Shown one piece after another: positions 9,671 through 18,749 of a stretch of DNA of 56,927 nucleotides. Position 1 is the stretch's first letter. Each line of letters starts with the position of its first letter. The position numbers and the translations under genes are program-made. The notes beneath the pieces are model-generated. The model was given only the letters and a program-made list of their open reading frames with translations. It had not been told where the DNA came from and made no database searches. Source of the DNA: an uncultured Gammaproteobacteria bacterium (lineage in GTDB: Bacteria; Patescibacteriota; Patescibacteriia; Magasanikbacterales; GWA2-37-8); NCBI GenBank assembly GCA_964514995.1, contig CAZETA010000004.1, forward strand, positions 1-56,927, read 5' to 3'.

Positions 9671-9698
9671 TTAGTACCATACCTGCTAAAGGTGTTTT
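9665..9698 (+). terminator. 10-bp hairpin followed by TTT (possible fcl terminator or regulatory hairpin)
   Basis: ACACCTTTAG (9665-9674) pairs with CTAAAGGTGT (9686-9695) across an 11-nt loop, followed by TTTAAAAA. The stem overlaps the third decamer repeat. Confidence 0.5.
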
Positions 9699-9710
9699 AA
9701 AAAGAATAGT

Positions 9711-9956
9711 ATGAATGAAATTAAGCCAAATGGGGTGTATACAACCAAAGAGGCCCAGCAAGTTTTGAAGATTAGTAATAGTACTATAAAGAGATTGCTG
9801 AAAAACGGTTTGCTTCGGGCCAATAAAATTGGCAAGCAGTACAGGATCATGGGTCATGAATTGCTAAGATTGCTTTCTCCAAAGATAGACAGAAGCGCGA
9901 CAGATTTTTACCAAAAAGTAAAATCAAAAACGATTGCTGCTACTAAGGATTGGTAA
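9711..9956 (+). CDS. Excisionase/MerR-type helix-turn-helix DNA-binding protein
   Basis: 81 aa. YTTKEAQQVLKISNSTIKRLLKNGLLRANKIGKQYRI matches the HTH_17/excisionase-family pattern. Confidence 0.7.
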   Translation: MNEIKPNGVYTTKEAQQVLKISNSTIKRLLKNGLLRANKIGKQYRIMGHELLRLLSPKIDRSATDFYQKVKSKTIAATKDW

Positions 9957-10012
9957 CTTTTATGGTTTTTTTTAATGTCATTAAAAAAATGTACAGATGG
10001 GAAGAAGCAGAG

Positions 10013-11293
10013 ATGGCCGGCTTTAAACGGTATTTAAAAAATACGGGTTGGCTTTTTTTAAGCCGAGTGGCGGGGATGGGAGTTTCTTTTTTAGTTGGTG
10101 TGCGGGTAGCGCGATATTTAGGACCGACAAGTTACGGCCTCTTGAATTATGCTGCCGGGTTTACAGGATTATTTTTATATTTTGTAATTTTCAGTACTGA
10201 AAATATTTTGAATCGTGAGTTAGTTTTGCATCCTGATAAACGTGATGCGCTGCTAGGGACAGGTTTTATTAGTAGATTGGCGGGGGCATTTTTAGCGGTT
10301 ATCTTGATCGGTGTATCTCTTTTTTTTATGCCAGATAATGCAGGGAATTTGTTGATTATTATTTCTGCATCGACGTTTTTTTTTCAAGCTATAGGAGTTA
10401 TCGATATTTACTTTCAATCACAAGTATTGTCGAAGAATACCGTTAAAATCCAGATTTTTACCATGGCTACCAGTGCAGTGTTAAAATTATTGTTTGTTTC
10501 TTTTGGTTTTGATTTGATCTGGTTTGCAATGATGAGCTTGTTAGAGGGTATAATTACTGCAGCAGGTCTCATGTCAGCTTATAGAAGGCTGGGACTTAAG
10601 ATATGGAATTGGCAGTTTGATTTTAATATAGCTAAAAAATTGGTGTCTAGCTCATGGCCCCTTGTTTTTTCTGGAATAGCCATCGCTGCTTATACTAGAA
10701 TTGATCAAGTTTTAATTCAAAATATGTTGGGCAGTGCCGCGGTGGGGACATATGCTGCTGCTGTAAAGTTAGCTGAAATTTGGTATATTGTACCAGTTGT
10801 GATTTGTTCTTCATTGTTCCCTGCCATTATAAATGCAAAGAAAACAAATGAAGCTATATATCAACTGAGATTGTCGCGTTTGTATTCGCTAATGTTTTGG
10901 TTAGCTGTATTAATTGTGATACCGGTTTATTTATTCCCGGATTTAATTATAAAAGTTTTGTTTGGTAGTGAGTATTTTGGCGCTGGCGAAGTTTTGCGTA
11001 TTTATATACTATCGTGCGTACCTTTATTTTTATGGATGGCCATAAACCAATATTTAATTTCAGAGAATTATATAAAAACCAACTTGTATCAATCGGTAGT
11101 TATGGCGATTGTTAATATTTTTTTGAACTTAATTTTGGTTCCTAAAATCGGTATAGTAGGTGGAGCGTATGCGACTTTTTTTGCTTATTGTGCAGGTTTA
11201 TTCTGTTATGCTTTGCCGAGAACTAGTCGTAAGCAATTTGTAGTTTCTATGAAATCAGTTAATCCAATAAATATGCTTCGTAAAGCAGTCTAG
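10013..11293 (+). CDS. Polysaccharide flippase, MOP superfamily (Wzx-like)
   Basis: About 12 predicted TM helices and N-terminal KNTGWLFLSRVAGMGVSFLVGVRVARYLGP, typical of Wzx/polysaccharide biosynthesis proteins. Start placed at the ATG at 10013 rather than the ORF start 9950. Confidence 0.75.
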   Translation: MAGFKRYLKNTGWLFLSRVAGMGVSFLVGVRVARYLGPTSYGLLNYAAGFTGLFLYFVIFSTENILNRELVLHPDKRDALLGTGFISRLAGAFLAVILIGVSLFFMPDNAGNLLIIISASTFFFQAIGVIDIYFQSQVLSKNTVKIQIFTMATSAVLKLLFVSFGFDLIWFAMMSLLEGIITAAGLMSAYRRLGLKIWNWQFDFNIAKKLVSSSWPLVFSGIAIAAYTRIDQVLIQNMLGSAAVGTYAAAVKLAEIWYIVPVVICSSLFPAIINAKKTNEAIYQLRLSRLYSLMFWLAVLIVIPVYLFPDLIIKVLFGSEYFGAGEVLRIYILSCVPLFLWMAINQYLISENYIKTNLYQSVVMAIVNIFLNLILVPKIGIVGGAYATFFAYCAGLFCYALPRTSRKQFVVSMKSVNPINMLRKAV

Positions 11294-11303
11294 CTGTACT
11301 TAT

Positions 11304-11981
11304 ATGAAGAATGATCTGTCATATTACGTTGCTCTTATTCTAAGAACCTTAATTAGTTATTATTCACAGATTAGAGGTTTGATCTACTATCTTTTGATTA
11401 AGTATTGTTCTATGGGTTCTGGTATTACGAATTTGAATCTGGGTGGTGGAACTTCTAAAATTAAAGGTTATTTTAATATTGATCTATATAGTGGTGCTGA
11501 TTTGTGTCTGGATTTAGGTAGGATGTCTTTACCTTTTGCACAAAGTTCCATGGATGCTGTTATCTGCATTTCTGCAATTAATTATTTTACCAAAGAGCGA
11601 GGAGCGATTATCGTGTCTGAGGTATACCGGGTTTTGAAGCCGGGAGGGATCGTCCGTTTTGGGACGCAAGATTTCAAATCTATAGCAGAGAGATATGTTC
11701 GTAACGACGAGGCGTTTTTTTTTCAAAAATTACCTAACGGTCAGGAAAGATTTGTCGGCGAGACAATGTGTGATAAAATAAATTCCTGGTTTTATGGCTA
11801 TGCCGTAGCTCGCGGACATGGTTGTAAGTATTTTTACGACTATGAGACACTGGCTAAAATGTTTAGTAAAGCGGGATTTTCCAAAGTCGAACAAAGAAAA
11901 TTCCAGGATAGTCGGTTATCAAATATCGCTGAAATAGATAATCGGGCTGACGAAATGTTCTTTTTGGAAGCTGTTAAATAA
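11304..11981 (+). CDS. Class I SAM-dependent methyltransferase (Methyltransf_11-like)
   Basis: LNLGGG motif I-like, VYRVLKPGGIVRFG post-motif. The true start may be the internal MGSGI. Confidence 0.7.
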   Translation: MKNDLSYYVALILRTLISYYSQIRGLIYYLLIKYCSMGSGITNLNLGGGTSKIKGYFNIDLYSGADLCLDLGRMSLPFAQSSMDAVICISAINYFTKERGAIIVSEVYRVLKPGGIVRFGTQDFKSIAERYVRNDEAFFFQKLPNGQERFVGETMCDKINSWFYGYAVARGHGCKYFYDYETLAKMFSKAGFSKVEQRKFQDSRLSNIAEIDNRADEMFFLEAVK

Positions 11982-12010
11982 CTATTTTAATCAAGAAGTT
12001 TTTATTTAAT

Positions 12011-12739
12011 ATGGTATTAAAACAAAAGATTGGTATATTAGGGTATGGAGAAATTGGTAAGGCGGTAGCTAAATTTTATAAATCTTTTTTGATTAGAGAT
12101 GTGAAGGTAAATGAATTTGTACCTAAATTGGAGGTGCTGCATGTCTGTTTGCCTTTTATTAAAAATTTTAATGAGGTCGTTGCTGAAAACATCATTACTT
12201 ATCAGCCTAAGTTAGTTATCATACATTCTACCGTTGGGCCAGGAGTGACTAAGAAATTGTATGAAAAATTTGGTAATGTGGTGCATTCGCCAGTGCGCGG
12301 AGTGCATCCAGTCTTGTACAAAGGTATTAAAACATTCGTTAAATATGTCGGAGCTGATAATAGGAAATTAGGGCAACGAGCGGTGCGTCATTTACGTAGT
12401 CTGGGAATCAAGCAGGTCGTACTAGTGGCACCTTCGGTAGCCACTGAGTTAGGGAAACTTTTTGACACTACATATTATGGTTTGTGTATTGCCTACCATG
12501 CGTATGTTAATAAAATATGTAATACAGTAGGGGCAAAATTTGAAGATGTAATGACAGATTTTAATAAAACCTATAATGAAGGCTATAAAAGGTTAGGTAA
12601 AAAAAATGTTATTCGTCCTGTGCTTTTTTACCCTGTTGATGACAAGATTGGCGGTCACTGCGTACTCCCAAATGCTGATATTTTAAAAGATTCATTTGGT
12701 AGTGATGCTATCTTGGACTCAATTTTAAGACATTCATAA
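12011..12739 (+). CDS. Short UDP-glucose/GDP-mannose dehydrogenase-family-like NAD-binding protein (lacks the C-terminal nucleotide-sugar domain)
   Basis: 242 aa. N-terminal Rossmann IGILGYGEIGKAV, central-domain-like ATELGKLFDTTYYGLCIAYHAYVNKICNTVGAKFEDV, and GGHC resembling the catalytic GGxC motif. Confidence 0.5.
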   Translation: MVLKQKIGILGYGEIGKAVAKFYKSFLIRDVKVNEFVPKLEVLHVCLPFIKNFNEVVAENIITYQPKLVIIHSTVGPGVTKKLYEKFGNVVHSPVRGVHPVLYKGIKTFVKYVGADNRKLGQRAVRHLRSLGIKQVVLVAPSVATELGKLFDTTYYGLCIAYHAYVNKICNTVGAKFEDVMTDFNKTYNEGYKRLGKKNVIRPVLFYPVDDKIGGHCVLPNADILKDSFGSDAILDSILRHS

Positions 12740-12767
12740 GTTGCTTTTAAAGTAATAGCAGAAGATT

Positions 12768-13454
12768 ATGAAAATAAAAAATAAAATAAAAAAACTACGA
12801 GATTTCTTATTTTACTCTTGTCGGCTTTATTGGTTAGCAGTGTGGTTTAAATTTATTTTTGGTCTGAAAAGTGAAGCGATCGATGTCCCAATACCGTGGA
12901 TTACTTTTGGAGCGAAGGATTGGCTTGAAAAGAATTTACATAATGAAATGAGGGTATTTGAATGGGGTGGTGGTGGGTCAACGCTTTACATAGCTCAGAA
13001 AGTAAAACATATAACTTCTGTTGAGCATGATAAGCGTTGGTGGATGAAAGTCTGTGCATATTTAAGGCTAAATAAAATTAGTAATTGTGAATTTTTAATG
13101 ATCGAACCCGAGCATGATTTATCTGCGACGTCGCGGATAAATCAATTTGATTTTAGATCTAACAGTGAACAGTTTGCAAATTATACTTTTAAAAAATATT
13201 GCCGAGCCATAGATAAGTATGAGGATAATTTTTTTGACTTGATTATTGTTGATGGTCGCGCCAGACCGACCTGCGTGCAGCATGCCATAAAAAAGGTTTC
13301 AGTCGGAGGTTATTTACTGTTGGATGATTCTGAACGTTCGACTTATGCAAGCGCTTTGGACCTATGTAAGGATTTTGAACGAATTGATTTTTGTGGGGCA
13401 GGGCCATATTTGGATTACCAGTGGTGTACGAGCATATTAAAACGCATTAAATAA
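12768..13454 (+). CDS. Putative class I methyltransferase-fold protein with N-terminal membrane anchor
   Basis: 228 aa. FEWGGGGSTLYIA (glycine-rich motif I-like) and IIVDGRARP...GGYLLLDD resemble Methyltransf_24/O-methyltransferase-type folds. Confidence 0.5.
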   Translation: MKIKNKIKKLRDFLFYSCRLYWLAVWFKFIFGLKSEAIDVPIPWITFGAKDWLEKNLHNEMRVFEWGGGGSTLYIAQKVKHITSVEHDKRWWMKVCAYLRLNKISNCEFLMIEPEHDLSATSRINQFDFRSNSEQFANYTFKKYCRAIDKYEDNFFDLIIVDGRARPTCVQHAIKKVSVGGYLLLDDSERSTYASALDLCKDFERIDFCGAGPYLDYQWCTSILKRIK

Positions 13455-13464
13455 TTTATCTTTT

Positions 13465-14658
13465 GTGTCTATTATTCAATTTAATAAAAAAAGTTTGGCA
13501 AAGAAGGTTCTATCAACATTTAGACAGCGAAGCCGCCAGTTTATTATGGAACGGAATTTTCCTTTTCTTAAAAGTTTTACCGGACGCATTGCCTCAGACA
13601 AGGAGCATCTAGCTGCAGCTATAAACTGGCTGTGCTTGGCACAAGACGTGGCTGATGTAGGTGGGGTAAGTTCCCACTATGATTTAGTAAGGCGTGATTG
13701 GGGGGGGGCTTATCGAGAGACGACTGGGTATATAATTGAAACCTTTTTGGATTATGCTAGTTTAACCGGCTTGGCAATATACAAAGAAAAGGCAGTTGAA
13801 ATGGGGGAGTGGGAGATTCGTGTGCAGTGTCCAGATGGTGCTTTTGGCGAGCAGAAACAAAACGGTGAAGTCGGGAAAAAGATCTTTAATACCGGACAAG
13901 TCATTTTAGGTCTAATCAGACTGTTTAGATCAACCACTGATAAAAAATATCTTACAGCGGCCGTAAAAGCTGCAGATTGGCTAGTTAGGCATCAAGAGTC
14001 TGATGGAAGTTGGGTACAATTTACAACTCAAGGCGCACGGACATATGATGCGCGTGTAGCCTGGCCTTTGTTGCAAGTATATACAGAAACAAATGACAAA
14101 AAATATTATTCTGCAGCTCTAAAGAATATAGACTGGGTAATTGCTCAACAAAAACAAAATTTTTGGTACGATAATACCAGTTTATCGGAAAATAACGAGC
14201 CGTGGACCCACCTCATTGCATATACAATTAGCGGCTTACTTGAATGTTATCTAATTCTCGATAAAAAAGATGTAAAGATATTTGATTCTTTTTACGGAGC
14301 GGCCAAGGCAATTTTAGATTATTATGATCGACACGAGAATGTCTACCTTCCGTGCTCTTTTGATTTGAAATGGGAGTCAGCTGATTCCTACTCCTGTCTG
14401 ACTGGTGATGCTCAGCTGGCTATTATTTGGTTACAGATATACCAACTTACCGCGGAAGATAAATTTTTGAAGGGTGCCCTACGTATTATTGATGAAGTTA
14501 AAGCAACGCAGCTATTGGACACAAGCAAAGCGGAATTACGTGGCGGCATATTTGGGTCCTTCCCGTATAGTGGCGACTATGCTCCATTTTTTCTAATTAA
14601 TTGGGCTGCGAAGTTTTTTGCGGATTCGTTGTTGCTTAAAATAAAATTAGGTATATGA
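13465..14658 (+). CDS. alpha/alpha-toroid repeat protein (prenyltransferase/squalene-cyclase-like repeats), function unknown
   Basis: 397 aa. Recurrent helix-pair repeats with Q-W-type motifs (HQESDGSWVQF, AQQKQNFWY, ADWLVR, IDWVIA). GTG start at 13465, alternative ATG 81 nt downstream. Confidence 0.4.
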   Translation: MSIIQFNKKSLAKKVLSTFRQRSRQFIMERNFPFLKSFTGRIASDKEHLAAAINWLCLAQDVADVGGVSSHYDLVRRDWGGAYRETTGYIIETFLDYASLTGLAIYKEKAVEMGEWEIRVQCPDGAFGEQKQNGEVGKKIFNTGQVILGLIRLFRSTTDKKYLTAAVKAADWLVRHQESDGSWVQFTTQGARTYDARVAWPLLQVYTETNDKKYYSAALKNIDWVIAQQKQNFWYDNTSLSENNEPWTHLIAYTISGLLECYLILDKKDVKIFDSFYGAAKAILDYYDRHENVYLPCSFDLKWESADSYSCLTGDAQLAIIWLQIYQLTAEDKFLKGALRIIDEVKATQLLDTSKAELRGGIFGSFPYSGDYAPFFLINWAAKFFADSLLLKIKLGI

Positions 14659-15731
14659 AAATATTGCATGTAGTAGGCGCCAGGCCAAATTTTATAAAAA
14701 TGGCCCCTGTGTTCAACGCTCTCAAGAAATATCACGTTAGGCAGATGTTAGTACATACTGGCCAGCACTATGATGCTAATATGTCGGATATTTTTTTTAA
14801 ACAATTAAATATAAAAAAGCCGGATGTTAATTTACATGTGGGTTCTGGCAGTCAGGCAGCTCAGGTTGCCAATATTATGACAGCGTTTGAGCCTGTTATT
14901 CTTAAGTCTAAGCCTAATCTGGTTTTAATTTATGGTGATGTTAATTCGACGCTGGCTGTATCTTTGGTCTGTGCAAAATTATTGATCCCAGTTGGGCATG
15001 TTGAAGCAGGACTCCGATCTGGAGATTTGACTATGCCTGAGGAGATAAATCGTCTGGTGGCAGATCGCCTGTCAACTTTTTTCTTTACCACTTCGCCTGA
15101 AGCCGAAGGCAACCTGATTCGTGAAGGAATAAATAAAAAAAATATCTTTTTTGTAGGCAATACCATGATTGATACCCTTCACTCCTTTTTGGGTATAATT
15201 AAAAATCGCGCTGGTAATCTTAGTCCGTTCTCCAATTTTGGTGTGGTAACCATTCATCGCCCGTCAAACGTGGATAATTTGAAACAGCTTAAAAAAATTG
15301 TCACTGCTTTAAATAAAATTGCGGAAAAGATTCCTTTGATTTTTCCCGTTCATCCTCGGACGGCAGCGCAATTAAATAAAATAAAAGGCGTAGTTTTTAA
15401 TAAAAAAAATATACAATTAATGGAGCCGCTTGGTTATTTAGAATTTTTAAGGTTGGTGTATTCGGCACAGGTGTTGATAACTGACTCAGGCGGCATACAA
15501 GAGGAAACGACTTTTTTAAAGGTGCCCTGCTTAACTCTAAGACATAATACTGAAAGGCCAGTGACCGTAGCGGAAGGATCTAACATACTTATTGGTGATG
15601 ACTTTGACTTGTTAGAAAAAAATATTAATTCAATACTAAATAAAAAATATAAAAGCGGTCGTATTCCTGCCCTTTGGGACGGTAAAGCCGCGGAGCGTAT
15701 AGCAAAAATAATTATAAATTTAAATATATGA
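14655..15731 (+). CDS. wecB: UDP-N-acetylglucosamine 2-epimerase (non-hydrolysing)
   Basis: 358 aa. GARPNFIKMAPV, HVEAGLRS, PEEINR and DSGGIQEE motifs. ATGA start/stop overlap with the upstream gene. Confidence 0.92.
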   Translation: MKILHVVGARPNFIKMAPVFNALKKYHVRQMLVHTGQHYDANMSDIFFKQLNIKKPDVNLHVGSGSQAAQVANIMTAFEPVILKSKPNLVLIYGDVNSTLAVSLVCAKLLIPVGHVEAGLRSGDLTMPEEINRLVADRLSTFFFTTSPEAEGNLIREGINKKNIFFVGNTMIDTLHSFLGIIKNRAGNLSPFSNFGVVTIHRPSNVDNLKQLKKIVTALNKIAEKIPLIFPVHPRTAAQLNKIKGVVFNKKNIQLMEPLGYLEFLRLVYSAQVLITDSGGIQEETTFLKVPCLTLRHNTERPVTVAEGSNILIGDDFDLLEKNINSILNKKYKSGRIPALWDGKAAERIAKIIINLNI

Positions 15732-16483
15732 GTCAAAAATATACGGTTAAAAAAATACTAAATCATCTAGCTTTGAGAGTTGATGCATATAATCCGCTGA
15801 GTATTTTTGCGAGGTATTACGTGAACCGGATAAATAAAAATGAGTATGCCAACCCTCCCTTTACTGCTTTTAACGAAAGGCCGATTGAGTATCGGTTTGT
15901 ATTTATGCAATTAGGAAATTATTATCCTAAAAAAGTTCTTGATGTAGGTACTGGCTTGACAGCGTTGCCACACCTTATGGCTAATTGTGGGATGGCCGTT
16001 GCGGCGATGGATAATATAACGGACTACTGGCCGTATGGCATGTTCAATCGGCACTTTTATATTATAAATGACAGCATTACAGAGCCAAAAATTAAAGACA
16101 CATTTGATCTTGTCACATGTATCAGTACGTTGGAGCATATCGATGATTTTAATAAAGCGGTGAAATCTATGTTTGATCTTTTAAGCCCAGGCGGCCACCT
16201 GGTTCTCACTTTTCCATATAACGAAAATAGGTTTGTGGATAATGTCTATGCCTTACCTAATTCAAATGTTAAAGAGTTGCCTCGTCATAAAACGCACGCC
16301 TATTCTCGAGTTGAGTTAGATAACTGGATGAAAGAAAATAACGCCGCGCTAATTACACAAGAGTATTGGCAGTTTTTTACTGGTAATTATTGGACTGAGG
16401 GCGAACGTTTAGTAATTCCGAAATTAGTTACTAAAAACGACCCTCACCAAATTTCCTGTTTAGTTTTGGAGAAAAACAAATAA
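15728..16483 (+). CDS. Class I SAM-dependent methyltransferase
   Basis: 251 aa. VLDVGTGLTALP (motif I), FDLVTCISTLEHI and LLSPGGHLVLTFP. Confidence 0.7.
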   Translation: MSQKYTVKKILNHLALRVDAYNPLSIFARYYVNRINKNEYANPPFTAFNERPIEYRFVFMQLGNYYPKKVLDVGTGLTALPHLMANCGMAVAAMDNITDYWPYGMFNRHFYIINDSITEPKIKDTFDLVTCISTLEHIDDFNKAVKSMFDLLSPGGHLVLTFPYNENRFVDNVYALPNSNVKELPRHKTHAYSRVELDNWMKENNAALITQEYWQFFTGNYWTEGERLVIPKLVTKNDPHQISCLVLEKNK

Positions 16484-16488
16484 TTCCT

Positions 16489-17805
16489 ATGCGTGTATTA
16501 TTTGTGGGTATTGGTTTAACCCACTACTATAACCAGGTCCTCAATAAATTATCGAAGCAGCCTGAGATCGAATTGTATAATTTAGCTGACGCAAATGGTC
16601 GGGGTCATGGGGGTGCGGGGGTTTATGAAACTACTGATGCAGTTGAGTTTAAAGTTGTTTACCGACCACAAGTAGTATTCAAAAAGTTTAGTGATTATCG
16701 TTATCATGGTTTTAGGGATTTTCTCAGCTTACTTTCTGAAATCAGGCCTGACATAATAGTTGTTTCTGAAATGTTTTCAGAATTTATTTTTTCAACTGCT
16801 GTTTGGCCAACGGTTAAAGAATTTAATATCAAGATCATCATGAAAAATATTCCTTTCCGGTTGTTACCGTATAAGGAAGCTAAAGAGAGAATAATTAGCG
16901 GTGCTGCTGACCACGATTATACTCCATGGTTTGTTGTCTACTTGCGCAAGCTCCTTATCAGAGCCCGTGCGAACGTCATGTATGTTGCTGCTGTTAAATT
17001 AGTCAAGTTATTTAAAACTGATAAATGGTATAGACGACATTTTGGACGGGATGTTCAGCTTAAATTACTTGAATTGAAAAAAAGGCAGTATGAATTATGC
17101 GATGCTCATGCAGATTATGTAGAAGCTGCGTATCCTCTTTTTGGAAGTTATGGTATTCCAAAAGAAAAGATATTTATCACTTATAATTCTCCCGATACCG
17201 ATTTTTTATTTGAAGTTAGAAAAAAAATTGAAGCATTGCCAGCGTTGTTGATACCCAATACACACCGGTTGCTTCACGTGGGGCGATTAATCGAGTGGAA
17301 GCGGGTAGATATGCTGATTAAATCGTTTGTTGCTATCAAGAAAGAATTTTCTGATGCTGAACTCTTGATAATTGGGACCGGTCCATTGGAGGATAGTTTA
17401 AAAAAACTTGCTAAGCAATTAGATGTCGAGACTTCTGTAAAATTTATTGGAGGCGTATATAAGCCAGAAGAATTGGGTAGATACTTGCTCGCATCAACAG
17501 TTTATGTACTTGCGGGCATGGGCGGGATCTCAATAAATGATGCCATGGTTTTTGGCAAGCCAATCATTTGTTCGATTTGTGATGGTACGGAAAAAAAATT
17601 AGTCTACGATAGCTATAATGGTTTCTATTTTAAGGATGGTGATGAGGTTGATTTAACGGACAAGATTCGAAAAATATTTAATAATCCCGAGCTTGCTAAA
17701 ACTATGGGGAATAATTCTACAGAAATAATTAGAAATGACATCAATATTCATACCGTAATTCGGGGTTATTTGGCCGCGTTTCATTATGTCCTAAATAAGA
17801 AATAA
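16489..17805 (+). CDS. Glycosyltransferase, GT-B fold (GT4-like)
   Basis: 438 aa. C-terminal half (LLHVGRLIEWKRVDMLI, LIIGTGP, GGISINDAMVFGKPIIC) matches the Glycos_transf_1 domain. Confidence 0.8.
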   Translation: MRVLFVGIGLTHYYNQVLNKLSKQPEIELYNLADANGRGHGGAGVYETTDAVEFKVVYRPQVVFKKFSDYRYHGFRDFLSLLSEIRPDIIVVSEMFSEFIFSTAVWPTVKEFNIKIIMKNIPFRLLPYKEAKERIISGAADHDYTPWFVVYLRKLLIRARANVMYVAAVKLVKLFKTDKWYRRHFGRDVQLKLLELKKRQYELCDAHADYVEAAYPLFGSYGIPKEKIFITYNSPDTDFLFEVRKKIEALPALLIPNTHRLLHVGRLIEWKRVDMLIKSFVAIKKEFSDAELLIIGTGPLEDSLKKLAKQLDVETSVKFIGGVYKPEELGRYLLASTVYVLAGMGGISINDAMVFGKPIICSICDGTEKKLVYDSYNGFYFKDGDEVDLTDKIRKIFNNPELAKTMGNNSTEIIRNDINIHTVIRGYLAAFHYVLNKK

Positions 17806-17809
17806 TTTT

Positions 17810-18721
17810 TTGTTCCAGTGTATGCACTCTCTTCTCAAAAAGATTTATAAGCAGTTACCGTCTTCGTGGCAGGATTTTTTTAAACAAACTCAACCATATT
17901 TATTTCTGACGGGTCGTGATATTCATACTAAATTATTAACTGAGACTAGATCTTATTCAAAGCATATATACTATGAAGAGTTTATAAGGGTTTTGAATCA
18001 ATTGGATCTGACGGCCCGCAAAAAAAATCAAGAAATCTTATTGTTCAATCGTGAGTGGCAAGTTCCGGATGCCGCATCTTTTTTATGGCAATTTAAAGAG
18101 ATTTTTTTGGATGAAAATTATAAGTTTACCAGCGAAAATCAAGGTAACCAAATTATTTATGATTGCGGCGCTAACAATGGACTGAGTTGTCTTTACTTTA
18201 AAAAAATGTTTAAAAACGCAAAAGTATATGCTTTTGAAGCAGATCCAGAGATTGCAAAGATCTGTCAGGAAAATTTATTTAAAAGCGGTTTCACGGATGT
18301 GCAGGTTGTTGCTAAGGCAGTATGGCTTGATGAATCAGGAGTGCAATTCCTAGCTGATGGTGCAGATGGCGGGAGTATCATGGGAACAAAAGGTCATCCC
18401 ATCAAAGTGCCTTCTTTTTCATTAAAGAAGGTGCTTGCCACTGAGGCTAAAATTGATATATTAAAAATGGATATTGAAGGTGCTGAAGTCCCTGTGCTTA
18501 TTGATTGTGCGGACCAACTTTCAAAAGTTCAGAACCTTTTTGTAGAGTATCATTCCTGGGTCGGGCAACCTCAAAAATTAGAAGATGTATTATCAGTATT
18601 AGCTGAAAATGGTTTTCGTTATTTTATTAAGCAAGTTAGCGATCGTCCGCAGCCATTTCTTAATCGAGGGCAAGAATTAAACATGGATGCACAGCTTAAT
18701 ATTTTTGCTTATAGAGTATAG
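17810..18721 (+). CDS. FkbM-family methyltransferase
   Basis: IYDCGANNGLSCLYF, VYAFEADPE and ILKMDIEGAEVPVL are FkbM-family hallmarks. Non-ATG ORF start; MHSLLKK is an alternative. Confidence 0.75.
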   Translation: MFQCMHSLLKKIYKQLPSSWQDFFKQTQPYLFLTGRDIHTKLLTETRSYSKHIYYEEFIRVLNQLDLTARKKNQEILLFNREWQVPDAASFLWQFKEIFLDENYKFTSENQGNQIIYDCGANNGLSCLYFKKMFKNAKVYAFEADPEIAKICQENLFKSGFTDVQVVAKAVWLDESGVQFLADGADGGSIMGTKGHPIKVPSFSLKKVLATEAKIDILKMDIEGAEVPVLIDCADQLSKVQNLFVEYHSWVGQPQKLEDVLSVLAENGFRYFIKQVSDRPQPFLNRGQELNMDAQLNIFAYRV

Positions 18722-18749
18722 TTTTTTTCGGGTTTAGTATTTTTAGATT

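Noticed and set aside
9711-9956. The excisionase-type HTH gene as a marker of a prophage or integrative element.
   Set aside because: There is no integrase, recombinase, phage structural gene or flanking direct repeats in the window, and the nearest tRNAs are far away. I treat it as a regulator or relic and do not call a mobile element.
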